Shown here: piece by piece, positions 1 to 14,198 of the stretch
Layout: every line of letters begins with the position of its first letter
How positions within the stretch are numbered: the first letter of the stretch is position 1
Made by a program: the position numbers and the translations under genes
NCBI GenBank assembly: GCA_002633005.1
Contig: NMRA01000311.1
Coordinates: 135,839 to 199,838, forward strand
Origin: Phoronis australis
Lineage: Eukaryota; Animalia; Phoronida
DNA: 64,000 nt
Direction: 5' to 3'
The notes under the pieces: model-generated
Databases searched by the model: none
Seen by the model: the letters and a program-made list of their open reading frames with translations, nothing else
Told to the model about the DNA's origin: nothing

Positions 1-808
1 CATGCTGTTTACATCACTAGATGATGATGTTTTTGGAATTTCCATAACAAAAGATTTTTAATATAACTTTACTTTGTGTTGTTGTCAGTGTATGTTTTCC
101 AACCTTTGAGTATACGTGTGTTGTTTCAATACCCTTCTCCTTTTTCGTCCATCAGTTCAATGAGTATTGTTTTTGTTTCTTCAGTACAGTGGCATGTTTG
201 AATCGTGAGTTTTTCGCCTTGAATTTTTTCATTTTGGTGTGGGATTGGGCAAAGTAGAATCCCATCTTTCCTGGCGGCCATTTTGTTTCTTTGGTCTTCT
301 ACTAGTCAAGTCATTTTGGTTTATTTGTTTTTTTTGCGATATTTTGTATTAATATCCTTATTATTATTTTGAGAATTCCTGGACAAACTCTACGGTATAC
401 GGTAATAGTCACTGCATTTTGAGAACCAGTTTTCTCCATTGAACAAAACATCAAAGTGGTTCTCAAAATTCAGGACGCTTGTAAATGACTTGCGAATTGT
501 CATCTTATCAAATCACAATTTTCCTTTTTATTGGGAATAGTTTGACATTTCAGAAAGTGTTTATTGATAAGTAAAGCTCGGAGGCTGTTTCACGTTGCTG
601 ACGGTTCAAATAAGTTTTAGAGAAATCTGATTGTCACAATACTTTTCACAGGAGTGGAAGTAATAGGCTATCATTGCAAAAAATACATACGTCACAGTAA
701 TTATTAAATTAATGTGTTTGTCAAAGTCATCTGTCAAGCAGACCATTGTGATTAAGCATGTTAGAATCAGCTAAATATATTATGATTAAGTTAAGGTATG
801 TTATGAGT

Positions 809-868
809 GTATTGTTATGCATTCATGTATTGTTATGCATTGATGTATTGTTATGCATTGATGTATTA
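809..868. repeat. 18-bp tandem repeat x3
   Basis: Unit gtattgttatgcattgat. Confidence 0.9.
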
Positions 869-1488
869 CATTTTTCTGGTGTCAAAACATTCGTCATGTA
901 ATTTTCCATTTGTCTTGGCAATGTGTGTTTTTCGAGTAGATGAACCAGAGATTATGCAAATTTAAGACACATTAATGTGACAGAACATTGTGTTTGTGAA
1001 GTGTTGCAAGAACAAGCCCAACCTTTTACCTGTATGTTGGTGAAAAATGAACCTTGTTTCCGGAAGGTAGATATTTCACGCTACATAATCGTGTTTTTCT
1101 ACATGTTAGTGATTACTTGAGAAGTGATTAGGAACATGTTTTGCACTGTTAATATGTCCTGCGCCACTGTTAATATGTCCCGCGCTTCTTGTTTGTTCTT
1201 GTAGTAAGTGTCAAAACCAAAGAATAAGAGAATAAATGTTCTGCATGTACTGTTAGTCTTCCCACCCTTATACACTTGAGGTGAAAAATATGAAAATGAT
1301 AACACAACCAAATTATATGGCACTTAGAATGCGATAGCCCTACTAATCCATTGGCATTAATTTTTTTGCGTCTTGCTCAGAAAATTTGAAGCTAAGATGA
1401 AAATTTGTAGATTTGCAACTTTGAAAACTCACCAGTCACAGAAATATAGTATAAGTGGTTACTCTGTATTTTGCTCTTTTTGTTTTAG

Positions 1489-1509
1489 TTCCTTGTGCAC
1501 ATTTTAGAG
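1489..1509 (+). CDS. Candidate 21-nt microexon of an unidentified plus-strand gene
   Basis: Strong acceptor gtattttgctctttttgttttag and donor GAG|gtgagt. Frame-preserving; open in phase 1 (xPCAHFR) and phase 0 (FLVHILE). Supported by splice motifs only. Confidence 0.45.
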
Positions 1510-2000
1510 GTGAGTCTTCCCTGGTGATTCATTTACGAATTTTCAACATTTCCACCCACAATCCAGTAATTTTTAAGACAAGTTAGTGCACATTATTATC
1601 CATGGTACATTACACTCTAGGTATCAAAAAACATACGTAAACTATATTAAGCTATGCTCAGCTTAACTGGACAGAGTAATTGGTCTCTGTTGAATGTATT
1701 GAAGGCACTAACTGCTTCCTCGCAACTTTTCTATACATATGCAATCTTACTAAAATGTCCACAGTCACATTGTGAGGTATTTTGCATAATTTTTCTCTAT
1801 GAATTCGAAAAGCATGTCGAAAGTGACTCCATTTCAGAGTTAAAATTTGTGTTGTTTCTAGTTCTACTAAAACATCTAAGTTATATCTCAGGTCTAAGAT
1901 TATGTAATTAGTCTTGTTATTGTACATTAGCAAGATACACAATGTCAATTACTGACCGAGCTAATTAAGTATGCGCATACAGCCTTTGCACTTTCTCTTT

Positions 2001-2500
2001 AGGCCCTTTCATACTAACATCGACGTGTCGAAGTTTTGGGGATTTGCAGTTAGTATGACCAGTTAACTTTGGTCCTGGATCGAAGTTAAGAGTGCCATTT
2101 AACTTTGCAGTAAACAAGGTAGATTTAACAGCAGAGCGTTGACGCTGCGATATGGTATGAAAAGTCAATTTTGGTCTCATCGAAGTTATTGCCAGGGGTA
2201 ACTAAAGGGCATTGTCATCGCTGGTAGTTGATTATTTTGCTTGAATGGTCACCAGTTGAATTAGAAATAAGTTTTATGTCAGTTACCACATGTAAGTGTC
2301 CTCAAACTGTCATATGAAAACAATTTTCGCTTGCACGGGATGCATCAATGCTACCTCCCGATTACTTTGATGACGATAGCGTCACCTAACACTTACTTCG
2401 ATGCTGTTAACTACCGAAGTTTGTATGAACGATTTAATTAACTTCTCACTTTATGTTGACACTCCACTCATACCAAAGTTAAGTTAGTATGAAAGGGCCT
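2001..2500. mobile_element. MITE, PIF/Harbinger-like (500 bp)
   Basis: Perfect 18-bp TIR AGGCCCTTTCATACTAAC / GTTAGTATGAAAGGGCCT with 3-bp flanks TTT/TTT; a diverged second copy starts near 30472. Confidence 0.75.
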
Positions 2501-3810
2501 TTTGTAAAATGCGTGCTTTGGAGTTAAGGTCCACCAGTAGCCAAATGTTTTTGCTTCTATGAAATATGGTTATTTTCTGGGAATACTTGTCCACTATGTG
2601 GTATTTCACTTGTCTGTATTCTTTGCTGTTTACAATACGCCTGTAATCCTTCAAGTCAACAGTAATGATATATCAACTCATTTCTCCTTTGTGAGCCTTA
2701 GTTTCCACACTATTCAACAAGTCAACTGCTTTTGGGTAGTCCTATTTAATATGCTAAACATTAGTGAATTATTGTTTGATAAACAGATTAATTGTTTTGT
2801 GAGGTACTTCTTTGATGTCAGAGTTGTATGTTTTCAAAATAATCATTGTGTCCAATGGAAAGTCTGTGTGGTAGAGGACAGGTTAACTGGTTGGAGTATT
2901 CAAAGTGGTGTGGCTTGAACTGCATGATGGCTAGTAAAGAAAGCTAGTTTTGTGAAAGTTGGCTCAGTACTATTGTAGTTGTTATTACTTTAAACATAAC
3001 TTTGCTTGTTAAGTATGATGTCATTTTGAATGTTAACAGTATCGATATCTTAACAAATGAAATATGAAAGGTTATCCTATACTCACCACAAATTCCATAC
3101 ATACCCTATATGAAATTATGTAATGTTTCAGAATAAAGGATATCTACCTTAAATGTTTTTATTCCATTAGGACTTAATGTACCACCTAGCAGTGAAATAA
3201 GTTCAAAACTTACAGTATCGAAAGGTTAAAATTACTTATCTTAAATTACTCAGCAATCATTTATGGGCTTATGTATTTTTTAGTAAAATAGATGGAATGA
3301 CTTAACTGAAGTGCCAAAGTACAAATTACTCAAATCAACTGAATTGTTGTTACTATGTTGTGTTAGGAATATATTTTGAGATCTCATGGACAAAAGTTAA
3401 AACACCTTCTTCCGCAGACATGCGGTTGCATTTTTTTCGCATTGACTTTTAGTTTCAACCATAAATTACAAGCAACATTTGTTGTAGTCTTGTCTCCTCG
3501 CTGATGAATGTGGATTGGTGTATTCGGCAAGTGGAAACAAAACACTTGGCCTGACTCACTGACATTGGTGTTGGAAATTACCTTGAGACAGACAGCACCA
3601 TACGCTCGTTGGCAACGCACACTCATTGGTATGTGGCATGCAAACCTCTTAAATGAAATGCTAGCCTTGTTTTTAACCATGTCTAATTGCCTGAATGAGA
3701 TGAGCACTTTGAAAACATGCAGGTGATTAGAGTAATGGTCACCTGGTATTTCCACAAGTTTTAAGCTTGTATTCTGAACCACTTCCTCAGCACAACTAAT
3801 TACACTGATA

Positions 3811-3930
3811 ACACTGCGTTCTTTTGCAGCTCTGTAGTGTATGTTCAAACACTACGTTCTTTTGCAGCTCTGTACTGAATGTTCAAACACTACGTTCTTT
3901 TGCAGCTCTGTACTGAATGTTCAAACACTG
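3811..3930. repeat. 38-bp tandem repeat x3
   Basis: Unit acactacgttcttttgcagctctgtactgaatgttcaa. Confidence 0.93.
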
Positions 3931-6900
3931 CTTTTTCTTGTACATTCAGGTCTATGTCTTTTAGGTGTTATTTAATTAGAAAATCTGTTTTAATTCGGGA
4001 AATTGATACCGATTGTATTTCAATCATAAAAAGTACACAGTCTAGATATCTGCAGTGACGAGCCTGAGAATCTTTTCAATAAGCTTGTCTATTGACCATG
4101 CCACATATTTACATTGGTGGAAACAAAGCTTGGGCCATACTGTATATTTTTCAGGATTAGCACTGAAGCAAGGGCATTATAGGTACCAAACAAGAATAAC
4201 GAAATAGGAAAGTTTGTTTTTCGCTTATTGATTGATGAGGCATAACAGACAAACCGTGCTGTTCTGCTAGTTGAGCAGACATCTATAAAATTACTGAACA
4301 CAAGCTTTTCCCATTATTTTCCACTTGATATCTGTGAAGGAGACAGGCTCATTAGACGTGTTTTATTAATTATTGCTGGCAATTAGTCAGCACAGAGAGT
4401 CTAGAGGAGATGATACCCACACAAACTTGCACTGAAACCTGTATTTTTTAATTCCAATCTCTAGACTGAAATTGGGTCTTTTATTTAGTTTTAATTAACA
4501 AATGTGTTGCACTTTTAATTTGATATATTAGGTAGTCAAAGGCATTATATTATAATTAAAATAATTCAGGCCCCAATAGCAGCTGAGAAACTTGTCTGTT
4601 CAGAGGTTTGTTTTGTTCTTTAACACTTGTAAAGAAGCACAGACAGTTGTCAGGCATAATTGTGACAGCACCTTTGCCTAGATTCTCTCGTAACAATAGC
4701 CTGAAATTAACTTTTTTATTTTTTGTTATTTTATAACTTTAAGAATAATATATATACAATTATGATTGTAAAAGTAATGCATATATATGAGACTGCTACA
4801 TCTGTCTGAACACGAGGTGGTGCAGTTTTAAATCAACAAAATATGTTATTGTGAAATTTCTTTCTGTAAGTTATGTAATAAAGTAAGATAAAAAGCATCC
4901 TACCATCGGTTTGAAAGTAAGATGGGAAGAAAGATTGCCTTGTGCTGACATTTTTTGGCAGAATTTGCCATTTGTGTCAAAAGTGGATGCATCCCTCTTG
5001 TTCAAACAAATTTAAATGGTATAAACTTTATATAAACAGTAGTCTAAGTCTTGCCCTATGTTTCTTACATCGCTAATTGTAAACATAATAGTTTAATTGC
5101 CATGAACTGCTGTTAATGTGGACTTAATTTCTGTATAAATAGTCTTCTAAACTGACAGGCAACTTAAAACCCAGTTCTGGATTGCAGCCCTGTGACTGTT
5201 GTTTGGTGATAGATGGCTGGGATACGCATGTTAATTGGAGGACCACAGGTGAAATTGTGCTTAAGGTGTTATCTGGACTCACCAGTCATATGTATTAATG
5301 TTAACTGAATGATTCAGGATGTTTGTTTAAATGTCGAAAAACATGGTGGGCAAAGTACTTAATTACAGGTTTACCCAACGCCAACTGTTGAGGGTGAATA
5401 AGAACATTTAATGAGTTTAGCGATTCTAAGGTTGAACAGTTTATCACGTTCACTGTTTCCTGGATTTTAGTTTCTACAAGCATTATAAAGTTCTACTGTT
5501 TCAAACCACATCTTGACTAGTTGAAATTAAAACAATGCAGTTTATTTCAAATCAAAAGGTCCTCAACTATGAGAATTTATTGAAAGACATATAGAAGAAA
5601 GGAATTTTTCATATTTGTTTTTGCTATTGGTTTAAAAAAATCAAGGTTAAAATTTTTGTTTTAATCCACGGAAAACTTCCCGGCATAAACTTTTGCAAGT
5701 TTCATTGTACTGGTTGTTGAAGTGGTTTGTAGTGTGTATTTCGGTCACTAGGTGACACTACTGGTTCCATCATGTGGACTCCAGGTTTCCTTGAGAAATT
5801 AATGTTAATTATCTGAAGCATTTGATTTTATATAGCACTTTGTGAAACAAAATGTTATTACTAAATAATTTTGAAATTATTTAATTTTCACATAATTTAT
5901 CCAAAATCTATGTTGTGTTTATTGATACTACAAACATGCTGTATTGTTTATAATTGTTCTGTCCGAATCTTGTGCATGTGATAGTAGTCCCAGACTCCTG
6001 CATTGGTGGATTTACAGGGTTGTGGGCAATGCACGAATAAAAGAGGGCTATCACAAACCTTTGCTCAATGACAGCCCCTCTCACTTAGCCACATGTTGGA
6101 GACCTCCGGTGCAGTGCTCTGGGTTTAAAGATATATTTGCATGTTTCTAACTATGCTAATTAGCAGGAGCTAAACGACAATGCTATTTTAATAATCTACA
6201 CTAAACGAAGTGCAGTTATATTCATTGACAACCTGTTAATGTGAAAACAAAAAATTCTGCAAATAAGTGACCTTTGCATGAGTGACGTACCTTGGGGTCT
6301 CACATAGTCCCATGATACAGTGTTATTCCCCAACATCATGTCACCATACTTGTTTGACATGGTTCACTGATTTGTGTCGGATCATTTTCACCACAGAACT
6401 CGTTTTTAAAAACATTTAGCAATTTCAACCTACTTCACTCATGCTTTAAGTTGTCTTTCTAACAGATTAGGCCAAACAATCACAGAGATAAGGAATTGGC
6501 ATGCAAAATCCACTTTAAACATTGCTTGCTGTAAATGATTTGGTTGGTGCATTCAGAACTATAACAACAATCAACTATCAATACTCAAATCTTGTTTGTA
6601 ACAGGTACATAGCCTCCCATCTGGCCAGTGGCTATGAATAGCTGACCATTGTCCACTGATGACCATTGATGGTAGGCAGTGTCCCCAGGCAGTTATTTAG
6701 TGAAGACATGTTACAAATATTTGATACAATAATGTTATCCACCAGTACATCAATGAGTGACACTAGAGTTCTCATTCATTCCTGTTTGCTTGCACTGGGT
6801 TATATAGCTTTTCACCCCTCACCTGGCCCACAGGTAAATAACTGACAACCATCTGAAAGCCAACTGGCTTTGAAAGCCCATTGTGTTTATATTAAAATTT

Positions 6901-8966
6901 TACTTCTTTACATCCATTGACCAGTCTGGTATTTGAGAGGCCATTGGGTGCAACAGGATTGTGTTGGCTACCTGGTGTTTGGATGAAGTCAAGTGCATGC
7001 TACTGGACACTGGCCCTGGTTGTAGAAAGCATTGTGTGTGCTGTTTATGTTATTATGGTTTATGTAATGCTGAGTAGCTGTTATATAGGGTCTTTAGTAA
7101 ATCTTTTGATCCATCCTAACAGGTTTGAGGGCATGTAGTTCATTTTTGACAGGTTCACAGGCATACATTCCTATGGTGTTGTGAATGGCTTCCATAGGTG
7201 GTTAGTGCCTAGAATTGGCCTGAAATGGCTTTTTCCATTTTTAAGTGAACCAGCTCGTCAATTTTTCACGAATTCTATTTTTATTTATAATAGTAAATTT
7301 ACTTAATTGTTTTGCTATTTTTTGCCAAGATACTGTTTTTGTATCATTAGATATTTTTGTCAGTGTTACTGCTTTTTATATTGTTGTGACTTCAAATTAT
7401 GACACTAATAATAATGACAATACAGTTATTATCATTGTTATTATCATCATCATTGTTATCATTGGTATGGATAAAATTCTAATTCTGATTAATTATGAAT
7501 ATTAAAACAAAAAGAGTCTGAATGAGATCCAACACTCCACATAGTGACTTTGTGCATCAGAAGTACAGAATATCATGTGATAATGATAATAATAGTAATA
7601 ATTATGACATAAACACGGATGATGGTTATAATGATAATAATAATAATAACTATTATAAATATTACCAATTATTGTAATAGTAATAATATCTTTAACACTT
7701 TTCCCTATGAGAAGCATAACAGTAATTCTGCTAATACTACAAACAACTATTTCAATGTGCACAACCTACTGTACACCGAATAATCTGTTAGATGTAAACC
7801 TAGGTTTCTGGTTTCTTGCACTACATCTAGTGTATTATACACCAGCTCTAGCAATTTAACAGCTTGAGTCTTCAACAACTGTCAAGCACTGCTGTAGTTA
7901 CAATAAGTTTTAAATTTTCATTTTCTGCATGTGTTATCTGCTTGTAATAGCTGTCTCTTTTAGGTAATATGATATGTGGTAGAAATTTAATTTTAAAATG
8001 AAATGAAATTCTAGTAACTTGTGTTTGAAGCGACATTGTGTTGTGTTGCCCAACTTGGTAGAACAAAAAATATTCCATGCTTGTGTTTTCTTGCCTTGTG
8101 GTGTTTTTTAGTGTAATTGTTAAATTTATAGGTGTAAGATTATTGTTATATTATTGCACTGCTGTAGGTCACAGATCCAAACATGGTACTGTAAAGTTTC
8201 CTCAAAAATAATTACCAAAATTTTTATTGTTTCATCTTCAAATGCTCATTGTCAAAACTGCTCAATGTAAACTTAGTATGTTTGTTGATGACAGATGTAC
8301 TGTAGCAAGTTTTCAAGTAATCAGTGAAGTTTCTTTTTGTTTACTTTTGTTGAAGATTTTGATAAAATGAAATTTTACTGTTCTGACATAGTGTGCTCTA
8401 ATTTAAATAAACTTCACTGACACTGTTGGCAAGAAGACATCAATATGTTATCCAGAATATAGGATGCGCTACAACCAGTCTGGAATTGCAAAATTAGTAT
8501 TTGTAACACACTCATCCAAGACAAGTTCTAGTAATGGACTTGAGGAAGAAAAATCCTGATAGTAAATGTCACGTTAGAAAGTCGGCCTTTTTCACCGTAC
8601 ATTGTACTTTATCAATAAATTTGTACAAGAGCCGCTGTCATCAAGAGGCCTTGTTTTCAAAAGGTGTTCGTCCAAGGTTCTTTTGGACATAGCGATGTAT
8701 TATCAGATTGAGCAATGACTTGATGGTGATAAGTAGTGGCTAAAGTAAAGTAATTTATCATGGACTAAAACCGGCAATTTTTAGAATTGTTTGGCTTTCG
8801 AAATTTAATTCCTTATGAAAAGATAGGTTAGGGTCAAATTTACCTGAAGAAATGCCACGGAAATTAGCAAAAGTAGATGCGTAGGGTTGTGGTTCTCTGG
8901 TACCTGTGTTAATTCTGTAAATCTTGGACCATGGCAAATAATTGACCTGCTAGTTGTGATATGGGA

Positions 8967-9062
8967 TAAAAGACCATGGGAACGCTTAACAAAAGACCAT
9001 GGGAATGCCAAATACCATGGGAACGCCAAAAGACCATGGGTACGCCAAAAGACCACCAGGAA
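8967..9062. repeat. ~19-bp imperfect tandem repeat x ~5
   Basis: Unit aaaagaccatgggaacgcc. Confidence 0.85.
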
Positions 9063-9716
9063 GGCTAAACCATGCATCAGATTGATATCTGGATTTACCT
9101 CACTTTAGAAACCACTGTCATTTGTAGAGATTGCATATGTTATTGTTTATGCAGAATATTTTGCCTCTATAATCCACAAAGTATTATTACTAAATTATAA
9201 TAATTATTTTATTATAAGTATCTGTAGTATTCTGGTGCCATTAGAAGCAACAATTGCAGTAACAATGCCTTCCAGCAATAGATTGGTGTAAGTTTCCCAA
9301 TCATCTAAGTTTCAGAGAGTAGATGTGTCTGAGTGTTGCATTTACTATGTGGAGATCATGCATGAATGTAGCATATACTGTGCGGAGATCATATAGTTCT
9401 TGAAATCCTTCAGTTTCAATGTTTCTAAACATTGTGGTGTTTCCAATGATGTATGAAGTAGTTTACCCTGATCTACAATTTCTAATGGGTGCTTTAGACT
9501 GCTAGTAAATTGTTAACAATCTGTGGTATGGTCAGTGAGTGTTTAATGGAGATTTAAGTCAGATTTGTGTGGATTTGACTCGTGTTTATCATTGCAGATC
9601 TTGTTAAGTATGACAAAATAAGTCAACTCTGTATCAGGCACGTTTAACATTGTTTGTTTTTTGCTTTTACCCTGAACTCTTTTTTCTGAACTTTTACCAA
9701 GTTTCTTGAACAACAG

Positions 9717-9731
9717 AGATGTTACCAAGGG
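9717..9731 (+). CDS. Weaker candidate 15-nt microexon of the same putative gene
   Basis: caacag|AGATGTTACCAAGGG|gtaagt; phase-1 reading (E)MLPR. A competing AG about 15 nt upstream weakens the acceptor. Confidence 0.25.
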
Positions 9732-11687
9732 GTAAGTTTGTCTTATAGCCACATGTAACATTTTAAAAACCTCTTTAATAGATCTGGAGTTAACCTTGGA
9801 GGCTTTTACACACAATTTGCATTCCTGTCACTAGGGGCCTAGCAAATTGTTTTTCGGGCTCATTTTTGCATTGAAAACCTGGTTCGTTCTAGTTTATGTT
9901 GTCTTAGTTTTTTCGTTGATTTGATTGTTGGATGCGGCTTTAAGACTAGGAAATTGGAAGGCAATTTCCTAAGCATTGGTGTTGAATGGGAATTGCGTAG
10001 TTCACATGCTGAATCACATGCAGTTCAAACACGGTAGCTATTTAAGTGGATTTTCATTATTTTATAGTTTGTAGTATTTACTTAAACAAAGCTCACAATG
10101 TGTTTTTGTAGGCAAGGAATAAACATGTTTTGATTTTTATTTGATTTTAAATTTTCTCAAAATCAACTGCCTTCTGAAAAAATAGTGTTTACCTTGCACT
10201 TTCCCAATACAAAGTACTGAAATCAAATTCTTCGATTCGTTTGCTTTACAAAACACACATCAAATATGTATCAGTTTAGGGTTTAGTGGGAAACAAGGTC
10301 AGTGGGCTAGACAAAAATATGGTATTCCCCAGATGAGTGTGTTGCAGGACAAGCTATTATTGGACTTGTGCTTACACACAGTTGTTGTGTTTAGGTTTTG
10401 AGAAATGAGGCGTTGGTCTATTAAACAGGTTTTATATACATGCTTCTGGTGAAATGTTTCAACAAGACCATTATAGATTTTCTAGGTTCATGAATTGCTC
10501 TTGGGTTGACACAGTGTGCTCTTCCATTTACCTAACTTGGACTTTCACCAGTGAACTAAATGTTTTAAAATCTCACCACTATGTAGCAGATATCAAGTAA
10601 AATCTTATTTTCTCATCTTTTCCATAAAAGATATGTAGCACCAACAAAAAATATTTAGAAAAATTTTGGACATTTGTAACAATGTTAGAAGCCATTGAAA
10701 AATGAAAAAGGGCAATATTGACAATTGGGATTTTGCTGTATCATTATTGTTTGTGTGTTGAATTGTTTGTAAGAAGAGATAACAACATAATGCTGTTGGA
10801 TAAAGTAGATGATGTTTTGCTCCAGTAATGTCGTGTGAAAATATTTAGTAAACTTGTTCCAATTAGAACAAAAATAATTATTTTCAATTTTTCAAAAGCT
10901 CATTGTATTATTAAAAATGGGTGCTTTTTGATGAATTGAGTGTACAGTATGAACTTTCCAAATAATGAAGCTCTAATTTGCTGAAAATTTTTATGAGATC
11001 AAATTTCACTATTCCACCCTGTGGTGCTCTAAACTGAAGAGACTTGCCTGTGTAAGGGCCATACACATGGGTGGATCGACTGAGGATCATTACCAGAGGA
11101 GATCTGATACTGAACAGCCATAGGGGGTACTGTAGAGTCCTCCAATCACAGCACTAGCTTAGCATCAGCCTCTTGTACACAAGAAGAAGATACCACGATG
11201 TCATCCATTTACTATTTTAGTGGACACTCTCGCTGTATCTCTCTTTAACAGCAATAAAAAAGAGGATTTTGCAAAATTAAGTTGTGATTCTTACCGATGA
11301 TTAGTTAAAGTAAAAGTAAATTAAAATTAGAAATATGACAGCCCCTTACTCCATAAGGTCATAAACCATTGGAACTTCATCTTCTATGGTACAGTAAACT
11401 TTTGTAGTCATGCCGTAATTTGTGAGTAGACTCTAAACTACAACACCAGCATTTTCCCAGCTTAATTACAATTTCATAGACATTTGTGTCATTGTAGCAG
11501 TGACTGTCGGCCTGAGTTAAACTCATTACTAAGCTATTAGAATGGTTTAGGAAAGTTGTTGTTGGAATACAAAACTTTGCCACTGCTTGATGTGTGTGTT
11601 GGGCAAAATGCTATTGAGGGCAATGTAGGATGAGGGTTGAAAAAGCTGCATCCTTCAAATGGAACAAATCTTTGGACAGAAAGAATA

Positions 11688-13057
11688 CTGTATTCGCCGT
11701 AATAACTTCCCATGCCCCTACAAGCGCCCCCCCACGTATTTTCAGACTTTGCTGAAATAAGCACCCAGTCCATGAATGTGTACATGCAAACAATGACGTA
11801 CCTACAGTCGTAAAACTCGGCTACAGTAACGTCTTCAATTTATCAAAAAATTTTTGCACGGGTCTTCTAGACCACCAGCGGCACTGCTACGTTTGTATTT
11901 AGCCGTGACTATACACTTCGAAGTAACGCAGCGCTTCAAAAAGAACGCAACAGAGTTGCTACTCTCGCGACGACCGTGTTCCACTATGGTCTGACCTTTC
12001 AGTACAGACACATCGACTGTCTCGTGAATAAAAATAACTCATTGTTAAACGCACGTGGCCAAGAAGCGCGCGCTACATATATGAACCTGTCATCAAAGAC
12101 ATTAGTCGGGAACTATCCATTCATGAAACGGGTAGCTTAGCATTGGTAAGAAATGAATATTGGCACTAATTTCCGACAATTTCTAATACTATAAAACATA
12201 TTTGCAGATTGTTTGATTAGTGAATGCTTACACACCTTTACACCGAAAAATAACTGTCAGATAGCTACGTACACATCCAGCTACACGGCGACTAATATGG
12301 GCCTTACCGAGACAAATGGCAAACGTTTTTAGCACATGAGATCGGCAAGTGCTGAATGAAACGTTCTGGTTTAGGCCTACTGCTTGTGCAAATTTCTTTA
12401 GACACAATGCACATCTAGCTTGTTAGATTACGTAGCTCTGGCCAAAAGACGGTCTCTGCTTTGGCAAATGAACTCTGGTGACACGCACGTGCTCGCTTAC
12501 TCACAAACGCAGACAAACTTCAAAACAAACGTCACGTGACAACAACATGTGTGTTCGTCCAGACATTTTTCTCACCGTGTTGCCGATCATACATGCAGAT
12601 GGCACGATGTTGCACAGATTTGTACTTAAACCTGTCGTTAATCCCGACTCCACGGGAACTTAAAAAAAAATCTTAGGGACGCTACTTAGAAAACTTAATA
12701 AAGATTTCAGGTAATTTGCTTGAGTCGAAACTATTTTTATTCAATCATTGAAGTCGCCATATCGAAGACGGCGATTTCGAGGCAGTCAATCGGCGAGTTT
12801 TTGCCCTGGGATTTCAGCACAATTTTCTGTAAAATGATCGTAATTTAGCAGCAAAATTTGATAACAATGTACCACAGTTTTGTCGAAAGTCTTTCATAGA
12901 TTACAGATACGTCACAGAGCGTAAATTTGATGAATCTTAGCTTCTGATTTCACCCCTTTTGGAGACCGGGTTTCAACCGCCTTGGGTTATAATAANCCCC
13001 CCCCCCCCCGAACTGAACTTTTCTAAGTGCCCTGGAGGGTTATTACGGCGAATACGG
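11688..13057. mobile_element. Non-autonomous Tc1/mariner (pogo/Tc2-like) element, 1370 bp
   Basis: TIR C(T/C)GTATTCGCCGTAATAAC at both ends (18/19 match), TA on both flanks, CpG-rich interior, no transposase ORF. Confidence 0.8.
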
Positions 13058-13134
13058 TATTCGGAATTACTGTATAGTTTTTTAAAAGCATTAGACATTG
13101 TGAATGAGCTCATATCCTGCCTGCTGTATCTTAT

Positions 13135-14198
13135 TGTACAAAACAAAAGTATTTAGACGAAATATTATTTTCCCAGTCATGACATCTAATTCTGTTAAGA
13201 GCACATGTAACTGGTAATTGCTGTTACTGCCACAAAATTCTAATTACAAAATGGCTTAGCCAACTTACTGGCTCATTTTCCACGCCAAATCCCCTTCATT
13301 ACCAGTTGTGAGAAAAGACTACTCTGTCGGTAAATTGGTTGTGAAAAGATTCTTACATTGATAACCTCATGTCTTGGCAATTCAACCGGTTTGTGTGCCT
13401 TGAAATCTGAGGCAAAGTTCAACGACATGCAGTCAATTACATCCCAAGGGTTGCTTATGTTATCACTCACTAGAAAAATAGACACCTCATAAACACATTG
13501 GGGGTGACAAAAATATTTGTCAAATTTTCATTTTTAAAGTTTTTGAGTAGCATAATTGGCTAGTTCATGAAAAGTACACATTGATAGGTTTTTGAATTGT
13601 CCTATCAATAGCCACAAGAGAGAGGGAGGGAGGGGTAGGGGGGGAGAGATGCAACGCATTTTGTGATGTTAGATTGTTCCTTTTTTCACATCCATTTTGG
13701 GCACTGTAAAATCTCACCAAAATAAGTGCTAAAATTCCCATATTTTCACTTTTCCAGGGCATATTATTTTTTCTGAATGCCTTCAAAATATTGTAGTGGA
13801 AGCTATGGCACTTGAACATGGAAAAGCATTAATTTGGCGTTACGTCACACTGACACCAATAGTAGTCGGACAAAATTACCCAGAATTCTCCCACGTGATG
13901 GCTGGGTGGAATCCGAATTCACGGTTGAGAGTAATACCAGTTCGCCGATGACGGAGAATGAAAGAAAATAACATGAAAATTAGTAGCTATTCTATAATTA
14001 GAATTTTGAGGTCATATTAGTTATTAACAGTCATTTTGTGGTCATAATAGTTATTAACAGTCATTTTGTGGTCATAATAGTTATTAAAAGTCATTTTGTG
14101 GTCATAATAGTTATTAACAGTCATTTTTGCTGTCAACACAATAAGCCGTGATGATTGGAAATGTTATCAATTTGATTACATTTTTCTTGTTTTGTACA
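13135..14198. mobile_element. Old dispersed repeat present as an inverted pair (arms ~13135-13330 and ~13855-14198)
   Basis: Both arms align with the copy at 58886-59147 (gtacaa.acaa ... aaaattctaatta ... ttcatt ... tactct). The right arm contains the 30-bp array. Confidence 0.6.
14011..14128. repeat. 30-bp tandem repeat x ~4
   Basis: Unit gtcataatagttattaacagtcattttgtg. Confidence 0.95.

Noticed and set aside
13622-13646. G-quadruplex-capable tract GGGAGGGAGGGGTAGGGGGGG
   Set aside because: Inside a repeat remnant, with no evidence of function.
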